Assembly: GCA_963803705.1 (NCBI GenBank) | Contig: CAWDNU010000002.1 | Location: 1 to 64,000, forward strand | Origin: an uncultured Pseudobdellovibrionaceae bacterium | GTDB lineage: Bacteria > Bdellovibrionota > Bdellovibrionia > Bdellovibrionales > UBA1609 | Length of the DNA: 64,000 nucleotides | Direction: 5' to 3' | In this document: piece after piece, positions 49,634-60,851 of the stretch | How the letters are laid out: the number at the start of each line of letters is the position of its first letter | Position numbering within the stretch: position 1 is the stretch's first letter | Translations under genes and position numbers: made by a program | Notes under the pieces: generated by a model | Databases searched by the model: none | What the model was told of the DNA's origin: nothing | Seen by the model: the letters and a program-made list of their open reading frames with translations, nothing else

Positions 49634-51535
49634 ATGACTAACAAAGACAGATTAAAGCCGCTCTCACTTTTAGTAATTTTTTTTATAGTAGCTTTTATAT
49701 CTGTAAATATTCTAAGCCAATACTATTTTTCTCCGAAAAAAATTAACAAGTATTTACAAAAATCTATATCAAACACTATGAATATGGAAGTTGACTTTAA
49801 AAAAGCTCAAATAAGCTTTTCTGGAAGCCTGTCTCCTTTCTTTGCTATTAAAGTGACCGGTCCTCATTTTAAGTATGATGACTGCAAGGCAGCCTATGAT
49901 TTCAAGGCGCCTTACATTCTGATTCCATTATCCCTTCGAGATGCCGCAAAAGACAAATTAAAATTAGGTTTCATAAAATTTGGAAAAGCTGAAATAACAG
50001 TAAGAGATTCAGTTTTGACTTGCACAGAGGGTGGCAGCCCAGAGAAAGCAGCGACCCTGGACGTCTTCCAACCACCCGCCCCTAAATTTGGCGAATTTTT
50101 TGAAAGGGTCGAGCGTGTATTCAAAAGTGTATCTGGTATTCGTGCTCAGCAACTGGTTTACAAAGAACTTAGGAAAAACCAAGAAAAAGTAATTTCTTTC
50201 AAAAGATTAAGAGTTTCATATCACAAAGTAAGTAGGTTTATACACTCATACTTTGAAATAGCTATTAAGCCTAAAAAAAATAACAAATTAAATTTAGCCT
50301 ACAAAAGAGATATAAAATTAAAGGTAAATGCACAATTAAGTCACGATGCTGGTTTATCAATTAAGGCTAACGCTAGATTTTTAGAAGGTGTATTTGAGCT
50401 CAATTCGGGACCACAAAAGAGTTTGAACAATTACGCCGTCAAGTTTAAAATTAAAGATCTTCCATTGACTTTTTTAAGTTTTTTGGTGGATGAAAAATCG
50501 TTGGAAGCGATTAATTCTCACCGAATTTGGTTTAATTCAAGTTTCAAAATTTATTTGTTAAATTTTTTAAGTTCAAAGGTCAACACTATCAACGCGAATA
50601 TTGATTCACTGGAAATATTTGGCCCAGTTCTAAAGTCCTATGCTTCTAATATAGAGGCTCAGTTATACCCTAAATTTAAAGTTTTAAAACCAATGAACTG
50701 GCGTTTAGACAGTTTGAACTTAAATGGCCTCTTATCGCTTAGAAACCTCAAAAGTGTAAGAGGAGCCATTGACCAGTTTGGAATCATGCGTGGCTCGGGC
50801 CAAGTTCTTACTGATAATTCCGTTTCTTTTGAAGGTTTGATGAGTAAGAGCTCATTTACATTTTCGATGAACAGAAAGAAAGTTCAACAAGTTTTGACAA
50901 AGGCAAATATTAATTTTGTTTTTAAATATCCGAATTTAAATCTTGAAGTTAAAAATATTGTTTTAGAAAAAGGTGTTTTCGACGGAATTCTGTTCGGAAC
51001 CGTTGACTGGAGCAGAGATTTTGAATGGTCGTTAGGTGCGAATTCAAGCTCTTTTAGCCTTGCTCCTAAAGTGCAAGAGCTCTTTGCTATTAGTCAGTCT
51101 CCATTTGAAGATTTAAAATTCAAAATGAACGGAAAGGTTAGGGTGCTTGAAAACTTAAGCTTTCAGGCCGAATTGCCTAAGCTTAAAACTAAGTGGGGAG
51201 AGTTCCTAAAATCAAATTATAATTTAAGTTATGATTCGGATAAAAAGAACTATAGATTTAAACTATCATCCAAACAGTTTTTGTTAAATTCAAACTTTGT
51301 AAAACTAAATTTTCTGAAAAACCACAATAGTCTAGATGAGCTTTCGACTTTGCTAATTCTGTCGTCCACTGACAAATCTTTTGATCTGCAAGCTGAAACA
51401 AGTGCAAATCCAAAGGTCAAAATTGAAGCGCAGGGTAGCGACTATAACAAAGAGTTTTTAGCAAATTTCAATTCAGAAGGTAAACATTATGTTTTGAAGG
51501 GACAAATAAACAATGGTTTCATTTTAAAAAAATAG
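49634..51535 (+). CDS. Membrane-anchored beta-rich protein (AsmA-like)
   Basis: 633 aa, N-terminal TM, repetitive beta-strand composition. Confidence 0.5.
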   Translation: MTNKDRLKPLSLLVIFFIVAFISVNILSQYYFSPKKINKYLQKSISNTMNMEVDFKKAQISFSGSLSPFFAIKVTGPHFKYDDCKAAYDFKAPYILIPLSLRDAAKDKLKLGFIKFGKAEITVRDSVLTCTEGGSPEKAATLDVFQPPAPKFGEFFERVERVFKSVSGIRAQQLVYKELRKNQEKVISFKRLRVSYHKVSRFIHSYFEIAIKPKKNNKLNLAYKRDIKLKVNAQLSHDAGLSIKANARFLEGVFELNSGPQKSLNNYAVKFKIKDLPLTFLSFLVDEKSLEAINSHRIWFNSSFKIYLLNFLSSKVNTINANIDSLEIFGPVLKSYASNIEAQLYPKFKVLKPMNWRLDSLNLNGLLSLRNLKSVRGAIDQFGIMRGSGQVLTDNSVSFEGLMSKSSFTFSMNRKKVQQVLTKANINFVFKYPNLNLEVKNIVLEKGVFDGILFGTVDWSRDFEWSLGANSSSFSLAPKVQELFAISQSPFEDLKFKMNGKVRVLENLSFQAELPKLKTKWGEFLKSNYNLSYDSDKKNYRFKLSSKQFLLNSNFVKLNFLKNHNSLDELSTLLILSSTDKSFDLQAETSANPKVKIEAQGSDYNKEFLANFNSEGKHYVLKGQINNGFILKK

Positions 51536-51565
51536 AAAATATTTACTAGAATTTAGATAATTAAA

Positions 51566-52009
51566 TTATGTTTGTAGGACAAATTTCAAAACAGCAATCC
51601 CGACTAGAATGACGAAGTATACAATGCCGATAAAGAAGGCAAAAACTAAACCAATTGCACATAGTATGTAATACTTTGATTTGCTTTCAGCCTTTGAAGG
51701 ATTAGCCTTAAAATCTTTTAAGATTTCAATATTTCTAACATTGGATTTCCAGAAAATATCAAAGAAATTTCCTAAAATTGGAATTGAACCAAAAAGGGTG
51801 TCGACGGCTACGTTTAAAAGCATTCTAAGTAAAACGAAAAGAGAAGCCTTCATCGAAAGAGCACGTACAATGATATAAAACGATGGAGCTAAAGTTAGAA
51901 AATCACCTGCCAGAGGAATTAGGCCCACGATGGAATCATAGCCAAATCTGACTCCGGCGAACTTGAACTTTGTATCTAATAGTTCAGCTACTTTTTCTAA
52001 GTCTTTCAT
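51566..52009 (-). CDS. DUF4112 family membrane protein
   Basis: LLD..F..RFG.D..VGLIP.AGD, G.IP.LG..FD..WK.N.RN. Confidence 0.88.
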   Translation of the reverse strand: MKDLEKVAELLDTKFKFAGVRFGYDSIVGLIPLAGDFLTLAPSFYIIVRALSMKASLFVLLRMLLNVAVDTLFGSIPILGNFFDIFWKSNVRNIEILKDFKANPSKAESKSKYYILCAIGLVFAFFIGIVYFVILVGIAVLKFVLQT

Positions 52010-52028
52010 AAGTTATCCAATTTAAATT

Positions 52029-53045
52029 TTAGAACCCAGACCACATAGATAAATTCTCTAACTTTTTGATAACAGCGTTGGCTGCAGTGTCAGAAAATTT
52101 TTCTATCAACGATTTTTTCTTGTATGTGCTAATTTCATAGATTTCGTAAAGGCTCTTATTTTTAAAAAGGAAATCTTCGCTGGTTATAACTTCGTCAATT
52201 AGATTGTTTTCTATGCACTGTTCACCGAACCAAAATTCACCTGTTGCTACCTCTTCAATATTTTGCTTCAGCTTAGGTCTATTTGTTGTAACAAAGTTTT
52301 TAAATAGCACATGAATATCTTCTAATTGATCCTTAAATTTCTGACGTCCCTGCTCGGTATTTTCTCCAAAAATCGTCAAAGTTCGCTTATATTCGCCGGC
52401 AGTTACAATTTCATAATCGATGTGATTCTTTTTTAACAGCTTGTGGAAATTAGGTATTTGCGCCACCACACCGACTGAACCGATAATCGCAAAAGGGGCT
52501 GCCATAATTCGATCGGCTACACATGCCATCATATAGCCACCACTTGCGGCAACCTTATCGACAGCCACATTTAACTTATGACCTGAATCTTTTATCCTTC
52601 TTAGCTCTGAAGCAGCTAAACCGTAACCACTAACTGCCCCTCCGGGGCTTTCTAACTTTACCAGTACTTCGTCGCCAGGTCTTATGGCCTCTAGAAGATA
52701 AGATATTTCGTTAGACAAATGTTCGGTACCCGACGCACTAATATCGCCTTTAAAGTCCAAAACAAATAATTTTGGCTTTACAGAATCCTTACCACTATTT
52801 TTTTTATTTTCCTTCAGAATATTCTTTTTGGCTTTCTTCGCTTCCTTTGAATTTAAGAATATCAGGTCAGTCTCTTGCTTTCGTTTTTTATATTCTTTGC
52901 TTTTATTCTTAAATCTAACTTTATCTTTTTTTTCAGATTTAGACCTTAAAGAGGCGGCTACCAAATTGGATATGACAATTAAGATTGCCACCACAATAAT
53001 AGCAGTTTTTAGAAAGAAGAGTCCAAATTGTATTAGCTGGTCCAT
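52029..53045 (-). CDS. sohB: S49 peptidase SohB
   Basis: LESPGG.V.GYGLAAS, DKVAASGGYMMA, TAGEYKRTLT.FGENT. Confidence 0.95.
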   Translation of the reverse strand: MDQLIQFGLFFLKTAIIVVAILIVISNLVAASLRSKSEKKDKVRFKNKSKEYKKRKQETDLIFLNSKEAKKAKKNILKENKKNSGKDSVKPKLFVLDFKGDISASGTEHLSNEISYLLEAIRPGDEVLVKLESPGGAVSGYGLAASELRRIKDSGHKLNVAVDKVAASGGYMMACVADRIMAAPFAIIGSVGVVAQIPNFHKLLKKNHIDYEIVTAGEYKRTLTIFGENTEQGRQKFKDQLEDIHVLFKNFVTTNRPKLKQNIEEVATGEFWFGEQCIENNLIDEVITSEDFLFKNKSLYEIYEISTYKKKSLIEKFSDTAANAVIKKLENLSMWSGF

Positions 53046-53187
53046 CAATATTCCTGTGTTTAAAATAAGTCTTATGACTATAGTCTATTATCAGTTGATT
53101 TCATCTCAAAAAGAAGTGTGTTAGTTTAATGATAACATGGTGTGCAAAGAGCAACATTTACTTCTTTAACTTTGGCGAGAGCGAAAT

Positions 53188-53589
53188 ATGTACAGATATC
53201 TTCTATTAGTCTTTTTTTTGGGCGAATTAAGCAGCCAATTTTCAAGCCAAGTGCATGCCAAGCCTGTAACCAAGCAAAAGTACTATGATTACTATAGTCG
53301 GAAAACCAGTCTGAAACGCCAAGAAGAGGCAATCGAAAGAGGAAGATTAGATTATATCGACCGAAAAAAGACGGAATCAAAAAGAGAGCAGCGAATAGCA
53401 TCTGAATTTGCCAGACGTCAAAATGCTATCGACAAAGATAAAAAAGAAAAGATCGCAGAGAGGTGGATGCGCAAACAAAATGAGGCGCACAGAGCTAAAA
53501 TGAACGCCGCTAGAAGTGAGTATATAAGCCAGTCTAAAAAGAAATACAAATATAACATACCAGAGTCTGAAGAGTACGATATAGAGTAA
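53188..53589 (+). CDS. Secreted charged helical hypothetical protein
   Basis: Signal peptide ending VHA followed by a coiled-coil-like region. Confidence 0.55.
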   Translation: MYRYLLLVFFLGELSSQFSSQVHAKPVTKQKYYDYYSRKTSLKRQEEAIERGRLDYIDRKKTESKREQRIASEFARRQNAIDKDKKEKIAERWMRKQNEAHRAKMNAARSEYISQSKKKYKYNIPESEEYDIE

Positions 53590-53685
53590 TTTGCTGACAT
53601 GACTAGAGCGTTACAAGTAGAGTTCACACATAGCTGCTACTATATTAGACAACCCTTATTGAGCATTATTAAAATTGACAGTAAT

Positions 53686-53719
53686 AAAAAAAATCGCCCT
53701 AACTTTTTAGTTAGAGCGA
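53686..53719 (-). terminator. Intrinsic terminator of the csbD-like gene
   Basis: Minus strand TCGCTCTAACT-aaaa-AGTTAGGGCGA followed by a T run. Confidence 0.75.
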
Positions 53720-53744
53720 CAAATAAATCCAAATTTTACTTTTT

Positions 53745-53939
53745 CTAAGAGTTGGTAAATTTTTCTACCTCTTTATCAGCCTCGTCCTTAGTCTTACCAT
53801 AATGTTTTTGGATTCTTCCAGAGAGTTCTTCGCTTTTCCCGTCGATTTTATCTAAATCGTCATCAGTAAGTTTTCCCCACTGCTGTTTAGCTTTACCTTT
53901 TAACTCTTTCCACTTTCCTTTGAATGTATCGTTGTTCAT
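53745..53939 (-). CDS. CsbD/YjbJ family stress protein
   Basis: GKWKELKGKAKQQWGKLTDDDL..I.GK...L.G.IQ..YG. Confidence 0.93.
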   Translation of the reverse strand: MNNDTFKGKWKELKGKAKQQWGKLTDDDLDKIDGKSEELSGRIQKHYGKTKDEADKEVEKFTNS

Positions 53940-54129
53940 AGTATTTGCTCCTTTTAGATAGTTTGTAACTTAAAGTTACTAACTGATAATCTACAGCAGC
54001 TTGTGTATCTATAGATCAAGTTCCGGTGTAGTTAATGTGTTGAATATTGCATAACTGGATTGTGCTTAAATTAACTCACGTTCGTCTTTTCAACTTAACT
54101 GAAACCGCTTGCAATATTTTTTTTGAGGT

Positions 54130-54873
54130 CTAGGTTTTTACTAAATCCTCAAGGGTAAGTCCTGAAAGCTTTTTAATATTTCTAAAAAAGTCCCAAAGTA
54201 TAAATCCTAAAAAAAATAACAAAGGAACACTAATAACTAACATCCCCATCCAGTTCATATCAGCGATCTGATGATTTAAAACCTCTTTTTGCTGCTCGGG
54301 TAACAACTTTTTGTCGATAAGAGTGAACACTCGCAAAGCAAGAATGTAGTTAAGTAAACTGCTTAAAAAAAACGATAAAGAAAGCAGGTAAGTTGAAAAG
54401 TTGATCTGTTTTAAAAAAGCGACCTCATTATTATTTTCAGTAATTTTTGTCTCCAACAACTCTTGATCAAAGGCCCCGGACTGAAAAAGTAGAATCTTCA
54501 TGAAAGGCTTTTTCATCTTTATAGAAATAATCACGGCTATTCCTAAGAAAAAAGGAATTGCAGCTTCCTTTATAGCAAACCATCCACCTTTAAGTTGGGC
54601 GATTGCAAATATACCAGTGATTAAAATATTAACTACCCCAAGAATAGAAACAATATTTTTGTTTTTATTTTTTCTATAATCGTTAAGGCCGTAAAAAAGG
54701 GGAAATGCCAATGCGACCAGTAAAGACAGGGTTGAAGCTCCATCAAAACCAAGCTTAGAGCCCTTCTGAAGGATGACCACAGGTAAAATCAGATTAAAAA
54801 GTAAACTAAGAAACACATTCTCTTGTTTATTTTTTTTAACTTTATTAGGGCTAGTCATTTCTGGATGATCCAT
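54130..54873 (-). CDS. VC0807-family membrane protein
   Basis: ALAFPL.YG, W.AIKEAAIP, SFFLSS.LNY.LA; start uncertain. Confidence 0.75.
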   Translation of the reverse strand: MDHPEMTSPNKVKKNKQENVFLSLLFNLILPVVILQKGSKLGFDGASTLSLLVALAFPLFYGLNDYRKNKNKNIVSILGVVNILITGIFAIAQLKGGWFAIKEAAIPFFLGIAVIISIKMKKPFMKILLFQSGAFDQELLETKITENNNEVAFLKQINFSTYLLSLSFFLSSLLNYILALRVFTLIDKKLLPEQQKEVLNHQIADMNWMGMLVISVPLLFFLGFILWDFFRNIKKLSGLTLEDLVKT

Positions 54874-54886
54874 GTAAAAACTTTGT

Positions 54887-56122
54887 ATGAACTCAACCCA
54901 AGAAACAATTGAAAGGCGCGGCGTCAAACCTCAAATCTTCGGGTTGGGCATTGCTCATTTGACTTCTGTGATATTTGCGTTTGGGTGCCTGATGAGTTTG
55001 GGTTGGCTTGATAACGCTAGGGGACCCATTTATCCTTTCATTATTGAAGATCTAATGCTTTCTCATTCGCAAGGCAGCGCCTTCTTTGCAGTAGCTTCCC
55101 TAACCGCTGTTCTGGCTAATTTCAGTGTTCCTTTTCTTCTAAAAATAATGAGCTCTAAAACCTTGCTTTTTTTTGGTGCATTAACCTTAGCGCTTTTTCC
55201 AGTATTAATGAGCTATACAGTTTCTTATTTTGCGTTGCTTTTTTCGGCCGTAACGTTCGGGTGGTCGTTGGGGATTGTGGCTGTGACTCAAAATCTTGTG
55301 ATTGAAGAAAGCGTGCCTCTACATAGGAAAAGATTTTTTTTGAGCATGCTTCACTCAACTTATGGGCTTTCAGCTTTGCTAGCGCCAATTCTAATAGGGT
55401 TTATACTAAGCGTAGGAATAAGCTGGCAAAATAGCTTATTATACTCCCTTTTCTTTATTGTACCAGTCCTGATCGTAGGTCTGATAAGTGCAAATCTTGT
55501 TCCAGAAAAAGTCAAAAATAATCAAAAGGTTCCTGACCTCTCACAACAGTTCAAAACCAACTTTAATAAAAAGATCTTACTCTTTTGGGGAGTGACGCTT
55601 GCTTTTTATGTCTCTAGCGAGTTGTTTTTTACAACTAGAATTGTGGTGCTCTTAAAGGAAACACAATTAATAAGTCATGACAAAGCTAATCTGAGTTTAG
55701 CATTATTTTTCTTAGGTCTATTTTTAGGACGATTGTTGATTAGCTTTACCCCTTCGAAAGTATCAGGACGCTTCATGCTGAACCTAAGTTTTTGTTCCAC
55801 AGCCCTGTGGATTCTGATTTGTTATTTCTTTGATCCGCAACTAATTTGGTTAAGTGGATTCTTTATGGCGCCAGTTTTTCCGCTGGCGATGGACGAAATA
55901 TCAAACCAAGTTGGTTCAAAGTTTGCTTCATACTCTTCGATAATAATCGCCATTAGCTCGACTGGGGTCGTGTTTATGCATATGTTAGTCGGTTATATTT
56001 TTGACACTCACGGTATGCTCGTAGCTTTGTTTTTACCCTGCATACTGTGCGTTCTATGCTCGTTGATATGCATTACTGCTTGGCCAGTTACTGATAATGC
56101 GTCGAAAAAGCATGATGGGTGA
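54887..56122 (+). CDS. MFS transporter
   Basis: About 12 hydrophobic segments, GP..P.I..DL, LHS.YG..A..AP. Confidence 0.88.
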   Translation: MNSTQETIERRGVKPQIFGLGIAHLTSVIFAFGCLMSLGWLDNARGPIYPFIIEDLMLSHSQGSAFFAVASLTAVLANFSVPFLLKIMSSKTLLFFGALTLALFPVLMSYTVSYFALLFSAVTFGWSLGIVAVTQNLVIEESVPLHRKRFFLSMLHSTYGLSALLAPILIGFILSVGISWQNSLLYSLFFIVPVLIVGLISANLVPEKVKNNQKVPDLSQQFKTNFNKKILLFWGVTLAFYVSSELFFTTRIVVLLKETQLISHDKANLSLALFFLGLFLGRLLISFTPSKVSGRFMLNLSFCSTALWILICYFFDPQLIWLSGFFMAPVFPLAMDEISNQVGSKFASYSSIIIAISSTGVVFMHMLVGYIFDTHGMLVALFLPCILCVLCSLICITAWPVTDNASKKHDG

Positions 56123-56250
56123 CACAATTTTCACGGTTACTTTTTACTAGACTCATAAGTTGGGTCCCCCTATCATATATGTATGCAATTTTGGGACACA
56201 GGCTTCAGTCCTGCTTGTGAACCGGGTAACTTTCAAATCAGGGGCAATCA

Positions 56251-57561
56251 GTGAAGCAAATAATATTACTTTTAGTGTTATGTTTTGGAGTTAAACAAGT
56301 CTTAGGGACTGGCCCTGATATAAATATTGATGTCGAAAAGTATGAACTTAAAAACGGAATGAAAGTTTTACTGCATGTGGATCGCAAAGTTCCGATGGTG
56401 GCCTTACATCAGTGGTATGATGTAGGTTCGTTTCATGAGGATAGAGACCGCACCGGGTTGGCGCACTTTTTTGAACATTTAATGTTTGAAGGCACCTCAA
56501 AATATCCAACAGGCGAATTTAGTAAAATCGTGTCCCAAGTGGGAGGGCAAAATAATGCGTTCACCAATCGGGATTACACTGGGTACTACGAGATGGTTCC
56601 GTCGTCAGCACTGAAAAAGGCTTTAGAGTTAGAAGCCGATCGAATGACTAATTTAGTAGTGACCCTGCCTCAGATTAAAAAAGAGAGAGAAGTCGTTAAG
56701 GAAGAGCGGCGGATGCGCACTGAAAATTCACCAGACGGTTACGTATTTGAAGTGATGATGAGAAAAGTTTTTGGCAATCACCCCTACGGCGATCCTGTCA
56801 TAGGTTCAATGGCACATTTAAATAAAACTTCATTGCCAGACTTTATGGCTTTTTATAAAAAGTTTTATACCCCCAACAATTCGACTTTGGTTGTCTCGGG
56901 TGACTTTGACTCGAATAAAGTTAAGTCTTGGATCAACAAGTACTACTCTAAGATACCCAGAGCGAAAATTCCACAGATTAGAGTTCCAAAACTGGAACCT
57001 ATCGCAAATGGCACAGTTACAAGAGATAAAAAAAGTTTCAACAGTCGTAAACTTGCAATATATTTTATGGGCCCTGCTTTGGGTGCTAAAGATGGTTTTG
57101 TTTTAGATATTATCGCAGAAATTTTAGCAGGAGATGATTCAAGTCCTATTACCAAATATATGGTTGACGAAAAAAAGATGGCAACGTCCGTTAGTCTTTG
57201 GAACTACTCTTTAAAACATGCAGGCGTGATTATGTTTGATGCCGACTTAGTTAAAAAAACTTCATTCAATTTAGCGGCTCAAACATTTTTTAACAAAGTT
57301 CAAAGGTTAGTAAAAAGCGGAGTTTCAGACGAGCAGCTGCAAAAAGCAAAAGACAAGATATCTTTGAGTTATGTAAAACCCTTAAAAACTATCTCTGGTA
57401 AAGCAAGGCTCTTAGCCCAAAATGAAATTATAAGAGGAAACTACAAAGATTTTTTTGACGACATTGCAGAATACCAATCAATTAAGAAATCAGATATTTC
57501 AAAAGTAGCAAAAAAATATTTAAATAGAAGCCAAGCACATATTTTATATTTAGGTAAATAA
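56251..57561 (+). CDS. M16 zinc peptidase, catalytic subunit
   Basis: TGLAHFFEHLMF (HxxEH), NAFT, E..VV.EE. Confidence 0.95.
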   Translation: MKQIILLLVLCFGVKQVLGTGPDINIDVEKYELKNGMKVLLHVDRKVPMVALHQWYDVGSFHEDRDRTGLAHFFEHLMFEGTSKYPTGEFSKIVSQVGGQNNAFTNRDYTGYYEMVPSSALKKALELEADRMTNLVVTLPQIKKEREVVKEERRMRTENSPDGYVFEVMMRKVFGNHPYGDPVIGSMAHLNKTSLPDFMAFYKKFYTPNNSTLVVSGDFDSNKVKSWINKYYSKIPRAKIPQIRVPKLEPIANGTVTRDKKSFNSRKLAIYFMGPALGAKDGFVLDIIAEILAGDDSSPITKYMVDEKKMATSVSLWNYSLKHAGVIMFDADLVKKTSFNLAAQTFFNKVQRLVKSGVSDEQLQKAKDKISLSYVKPLKTISGKARLLAQNEIIRGNYKDFFDDIAEYQSIKKSDISKVAKKYLNRSQAHILYLGK

Positions 57562-57568
57562 GGAAGAA

Positions 57569-59014
57569 ATGGTTATGATTCGTTTAATATTATTATCAAT
57601 TACATTTTCAATTGCAGTGAGCTGCGTTAGCGGACCGAATGGCATTAAGGACGGCGCTCAGCTTACAACTCCGAACTACGAATTGATCGAATTGAAAAAC
57701 GGAATTCAGGTGTATTTTATTTTGGATAAATCTTTACCTATGTTTACAGTACAGGCAGTGCTGGCGTCAGGTTCTTTTGATGATCCTTCAGATAAGTCCG
57801 GCACAACGTCATTGATGGCCTCTATGTTAAAAGAAGGTAGTGGTAATCTTACTTCATCAGATTACAAATCTGCTTATTCTAAGTACAGCTCACACTTTAG
57901 TGTTGATATAGATAAAGATACTGTTTCGTTTCAGTCAACTGGTCTGTCAAAGTATGATGGCGAAATTACGAAACTGTTTTTGGACACGATCTTAAATCCT
58001 AATTTTATGCAAGATCGGAAAGCCTCTAAATCTATAAGAGCTTATGATAAAATTAGAAAGAAGCGTCAGTCTGAAATTATAAAGTCTATGGAGCGTGCCA
58101 GTTATTTTGCATCTATCTCTTTTTCGTCCCTGTTGCATAACAACAAAGGCTATGGACTACCTGAATGGGGAACTGCAGCTGGTCTTAAGAAAACTCTTCT
58201 TAGCGATATTAAAAAACACTATGAAGATTTTATGACGCCTCAAAACCTGCAGTTTGCACTAAGCGGCAACTACAGCGAAGAGACTAAAAATCTGATGCTC
58301 CAAATTCTAAAAGACGTTCACTCAAAAAAATCTTCCAATGAGAAAAATTTAGATTCAAAAGAACCTGAGACAGCATTGATATCTTCAAAAATAATTGTGG
58401 TTGATAAACCAAACTTAAAGCAGGCTGAAATTCGGATTGGGCACTTTGGACCAAAAAGGATAAATAATGATTATATTCCATTGTACATCGCTAACAGTGC
58501 AGTTGGTTCTGGTGACTTCACAACAAGATTGATGCAAGAGGTTCGGGTCAATAGAGGCCTTGTCTATGGTATTTCGTCTTGGTTTTACGGATTTAAAAAT
58601 GGGGGAACTTACGTAGTATCAAGTTCTACTAGGCACGAAAAAATCACTGAAGTTATCCAAACATCGTTAGATGTTTTGAAAAAAGCGGCTAACAATGGAA
58701 TAAGTAAAAGTGAATTGAACACCCAAAGAAATGTTTTAGTAGGTCAGTTTCCATTAAAGTTTGAAACTAATGAAAGCTATCTGCAGCAACTTATGAGATA
58801 TAAAACTTACGGATTTGATAGCAACTATATAACAACTTTCTACAATAAAATTAAAAGTCTAAAAATTGATGAAGCTAATGAAGTTCTGAAAAAATACTCT
58901 ACTCCTGAAAATGTTCTGATTGTAATTTTTGCTTCAAAGAAAATGCTTCCAAAAGACTTTAAAAACCTAAAGATGCCAGTTGAGTATATAAATTACCAAA
59001 AAGTGTTTAATTGA
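57569..59014 (+). CDS. M16 peptidase, non-catalytic partner (lipoprotein)
   Basis: L.NG, no HxxEH, RL.QEVR..RGLVY; lipobox AVSC. Confidence 0.88.
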   Translation: MVMIRLILLSITFSIAVSCVSGPNGIKDGAQLTTPNYELIELKNGIQVYFILDKSLPMFTVQAVLASGSFDDPSDKSGTTSLMASMLKEGSGNLTSSDYKSAYSKYSSHFSVDIDKDTVSFQSTGLSKYDGEITKLFLDTILNPNFMQDRKASKSIRAYDKIRKKRQSEIIKSMERASYFASISFSSLLHNNKGYGLPEWGTAAGLKKTLLSDIKKHYEDFMTPQNLQFALSGNYSEETKNLMLQILKDVHSKKSSNEKNLDSKEPETALISSKIIVVDKPNLKQAEIRIGHFGPKRINNDYIPLYIANSAVGSGDFTTRLMQEVRVNRGLVYGISSWFYGFKNGGTYVVSSSTRHEKITEVIQTSLDVLKKAANNGISKSELNTQRNVLVGQFPLKFETNESYLQQLMRYKTYGFDSNYITTFYNKIKSLKIDEANEVLKKYSTPENVLIVIFASKKMLPKDFKNLKMPVEYINYQKVFN

Positions 59015-59179
59015 CAATAAGTTAAACACTCAGTTCTTAATCAGTTTTTTTTTCTAAACAATTAGAATTACTAGACTAATTCGGTTCCAGTATACTTATT
59101 TCAATTTGTGTACAAAATTAAACTTATTGCTCTGAAAAAAAAAGTTTTATTTTAGATCATTTAGGAATAAATTCAGGCA

Positions 59180-59851
59180 ATGAAAAAACTAGCGTGTTTG
59201 ATTTTTACTTTAAGTGTTCACGGTCATTTATCGGCCAATAACGACCAGATGGTTACTAACCAAGATTTTATCAGGAAAGAAATCGCCAAAGTTTCGGAAT
59301 CGGCGGATTTTAGCTTTGATGAAGTTAGAAGTATGTTTAGGAATTCCCCACAATATATCGCAACTTGCTATCAGGACTTTGATAGGATGTCCGTTTCGCA
59401 GATAAAATTTTTCTCTGACAAAGTCGATCCTAAAGTTAGCTACTCTACACAGATCAATGTGGAGAACGTGGATAACTATGCATTTGATTTAGCAATTAGT
59501 ATTAAACCTGAAAATTTCTCTAAAAAATCAGTAGGAAAATTGGATCAAAATATCGATGGATTATTAGATTGTAGCGTCTCTGCCCGTGGGTGCGGGGGGC
59601 TTTACACTAAAGTTAGTAAAAATATGAGTCTTCAAATTGTACACAAGGACGAGCCGCGCATAGTTGATTCAAGCTTGGATATCAATTGGGTTTATCATAT
59701 GATTAATAAATCTAAAATGTACGCCGAGATGGATATGGTAGTTACTGTTCCCGGATACGCCTTTCTTTTGGGCTACGAAAAAGGGACTGATTCCTACACT
59801 TCCCATTTTTTGTGTGAGTTGAATTTAGAATCAGAAACTATTGATCTGTAG
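59180..59851 (+). CDS. Secreted hypothetical protein
   Basis: Signal peptide; four mature Cys. Confidence 0.6.
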   Translation: MKKLACLIFTLSVHGHLSANNDQMVTNQDFIRKEIAKVSESADFSFDEVRSMFRNSPQYIATCYQDFDRMSVSQIKFFSDKVDPKVSYSTQINVENVDNYAFDLAISIKPENFSKKSVGKLDQNIDGLLDCSVSARGCGGLYTKVSKNMSLQIVHKDEPRIVDSSLDINWVYHMINKSKMYAEMDMVVTVPGYAFLLGYEKGTDSYTSHFLCELNLESETIDL

Positions 59852-59885
59852 AGCACAGGTCACCTGAGCTAAAGAAAGGATTATT

Positions 59886-60851
59886 TTGTATTTTATTTAC
59901 ATCTTAATTTTATTTTTTTTCGCACTGACTGTACTGCCAATTAGTCATTCTAAGTATTGGCTTGTTAGGGCTTTTGACTTTCCCAGATTGCAATTCTTTT
60001 TCTTGAACCTGTTACTTTTAGTAGTGATGATTTTGTTTTATAGTTCGTCTGCTTTACATATTGCGGTACTAATTTTTGCCGTCTTATCCTGTATTTTCGA
60101 TGCCTACCGGGTGGTTCCTTACACTCCTTTGTACCCAAAGCAGTCCTCGGATATATCAGAAAAAAATCAAGGTAAATCACTTAGGATACTTTCTTCTAAT
60201 GTCTTGGATACTAATTTTGAATTTCATAAAATATTGAAACTCATTTTATTTAAAGAACCGGATATCATATTACTTTTAGAGGCAGATGAAAATTGGGTGA
60301 GGTCTTTAGTAAAGCTAAATGAAATTTATAAATATCAAGTATTAAGGCCTCGAAGTAATGGTTACGGAATGCTACTTTATTCAAAAGTTGAAATGACCGA
60401 CGTCAACGTAGAATATTTATCTGATAATGAAGTGCCTTCAATCTTTTTTGATATCAAACTTAATGAACAGCAGATTCATATGATTGCGCTTCACCCCAGA
60501 CCCCCTGGCTTAAAAGAATCGACGTCTAAACAGCGTGACAACGAACTTAAGCAAACTGAGAAGTGGATTAACAACAACCAATCCAAGCCAACAGTAGTTT
60601 TTGGAGACTTCAACGACGTTGCCTGGTCACACACTTCTAGAGAATTTCTTAGGGGTGCTGATTTGTTGGATCCAAGACGCGGCCGTGGATTTTACAACAC
60701 GTTTCCAGTAAGCCCAAAGTTGTTCTTTTTTAGATACCCATTGGATCATGTATTTCATAGTAAAGAATTTGGAGTGCACCATATTGAAAGGTCCGATGAT
60801 ATTGGTTCAGATCACTTTCCTATGTTTATTGAATTGGGGCTCTTGAATTAG
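59886..60851 (+). CDS. Membrane-anchored endonuclease/exonuclease/phosphatase family protein
   Basis: SNV, PDI..L.E, GDFND, LDHVF, GSDHFP. Confidence 0.92.
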   Translation: MYFIYILILFFFALTVLPISHSKYWLVRAFDFPRLQFFFLNLLLLVVMILFYSSSALHIAVLIFAVLSCIFDAYRVVPYTPLYPKQSSDISEKNQGKSLRILSSNVLDTNFEFHKILKLILFKEPDIILLLEADENWVRSLVKLNEIYKYQVLRPRSNGYGMLLYSKVEMTDVNVEYLSDNEVPSIFFDIKLNEQQIHMIALHPRPPGLKESTSKQRDNELKQTEKWINNNQSKPTVVFGDFNDVAWSHTSREFLRGADLLDPRRGRGFYNTFPVSPKLFFFRYPLDHVFHSKEFGVHHIERSDDIGSDHFPMFIELGLLN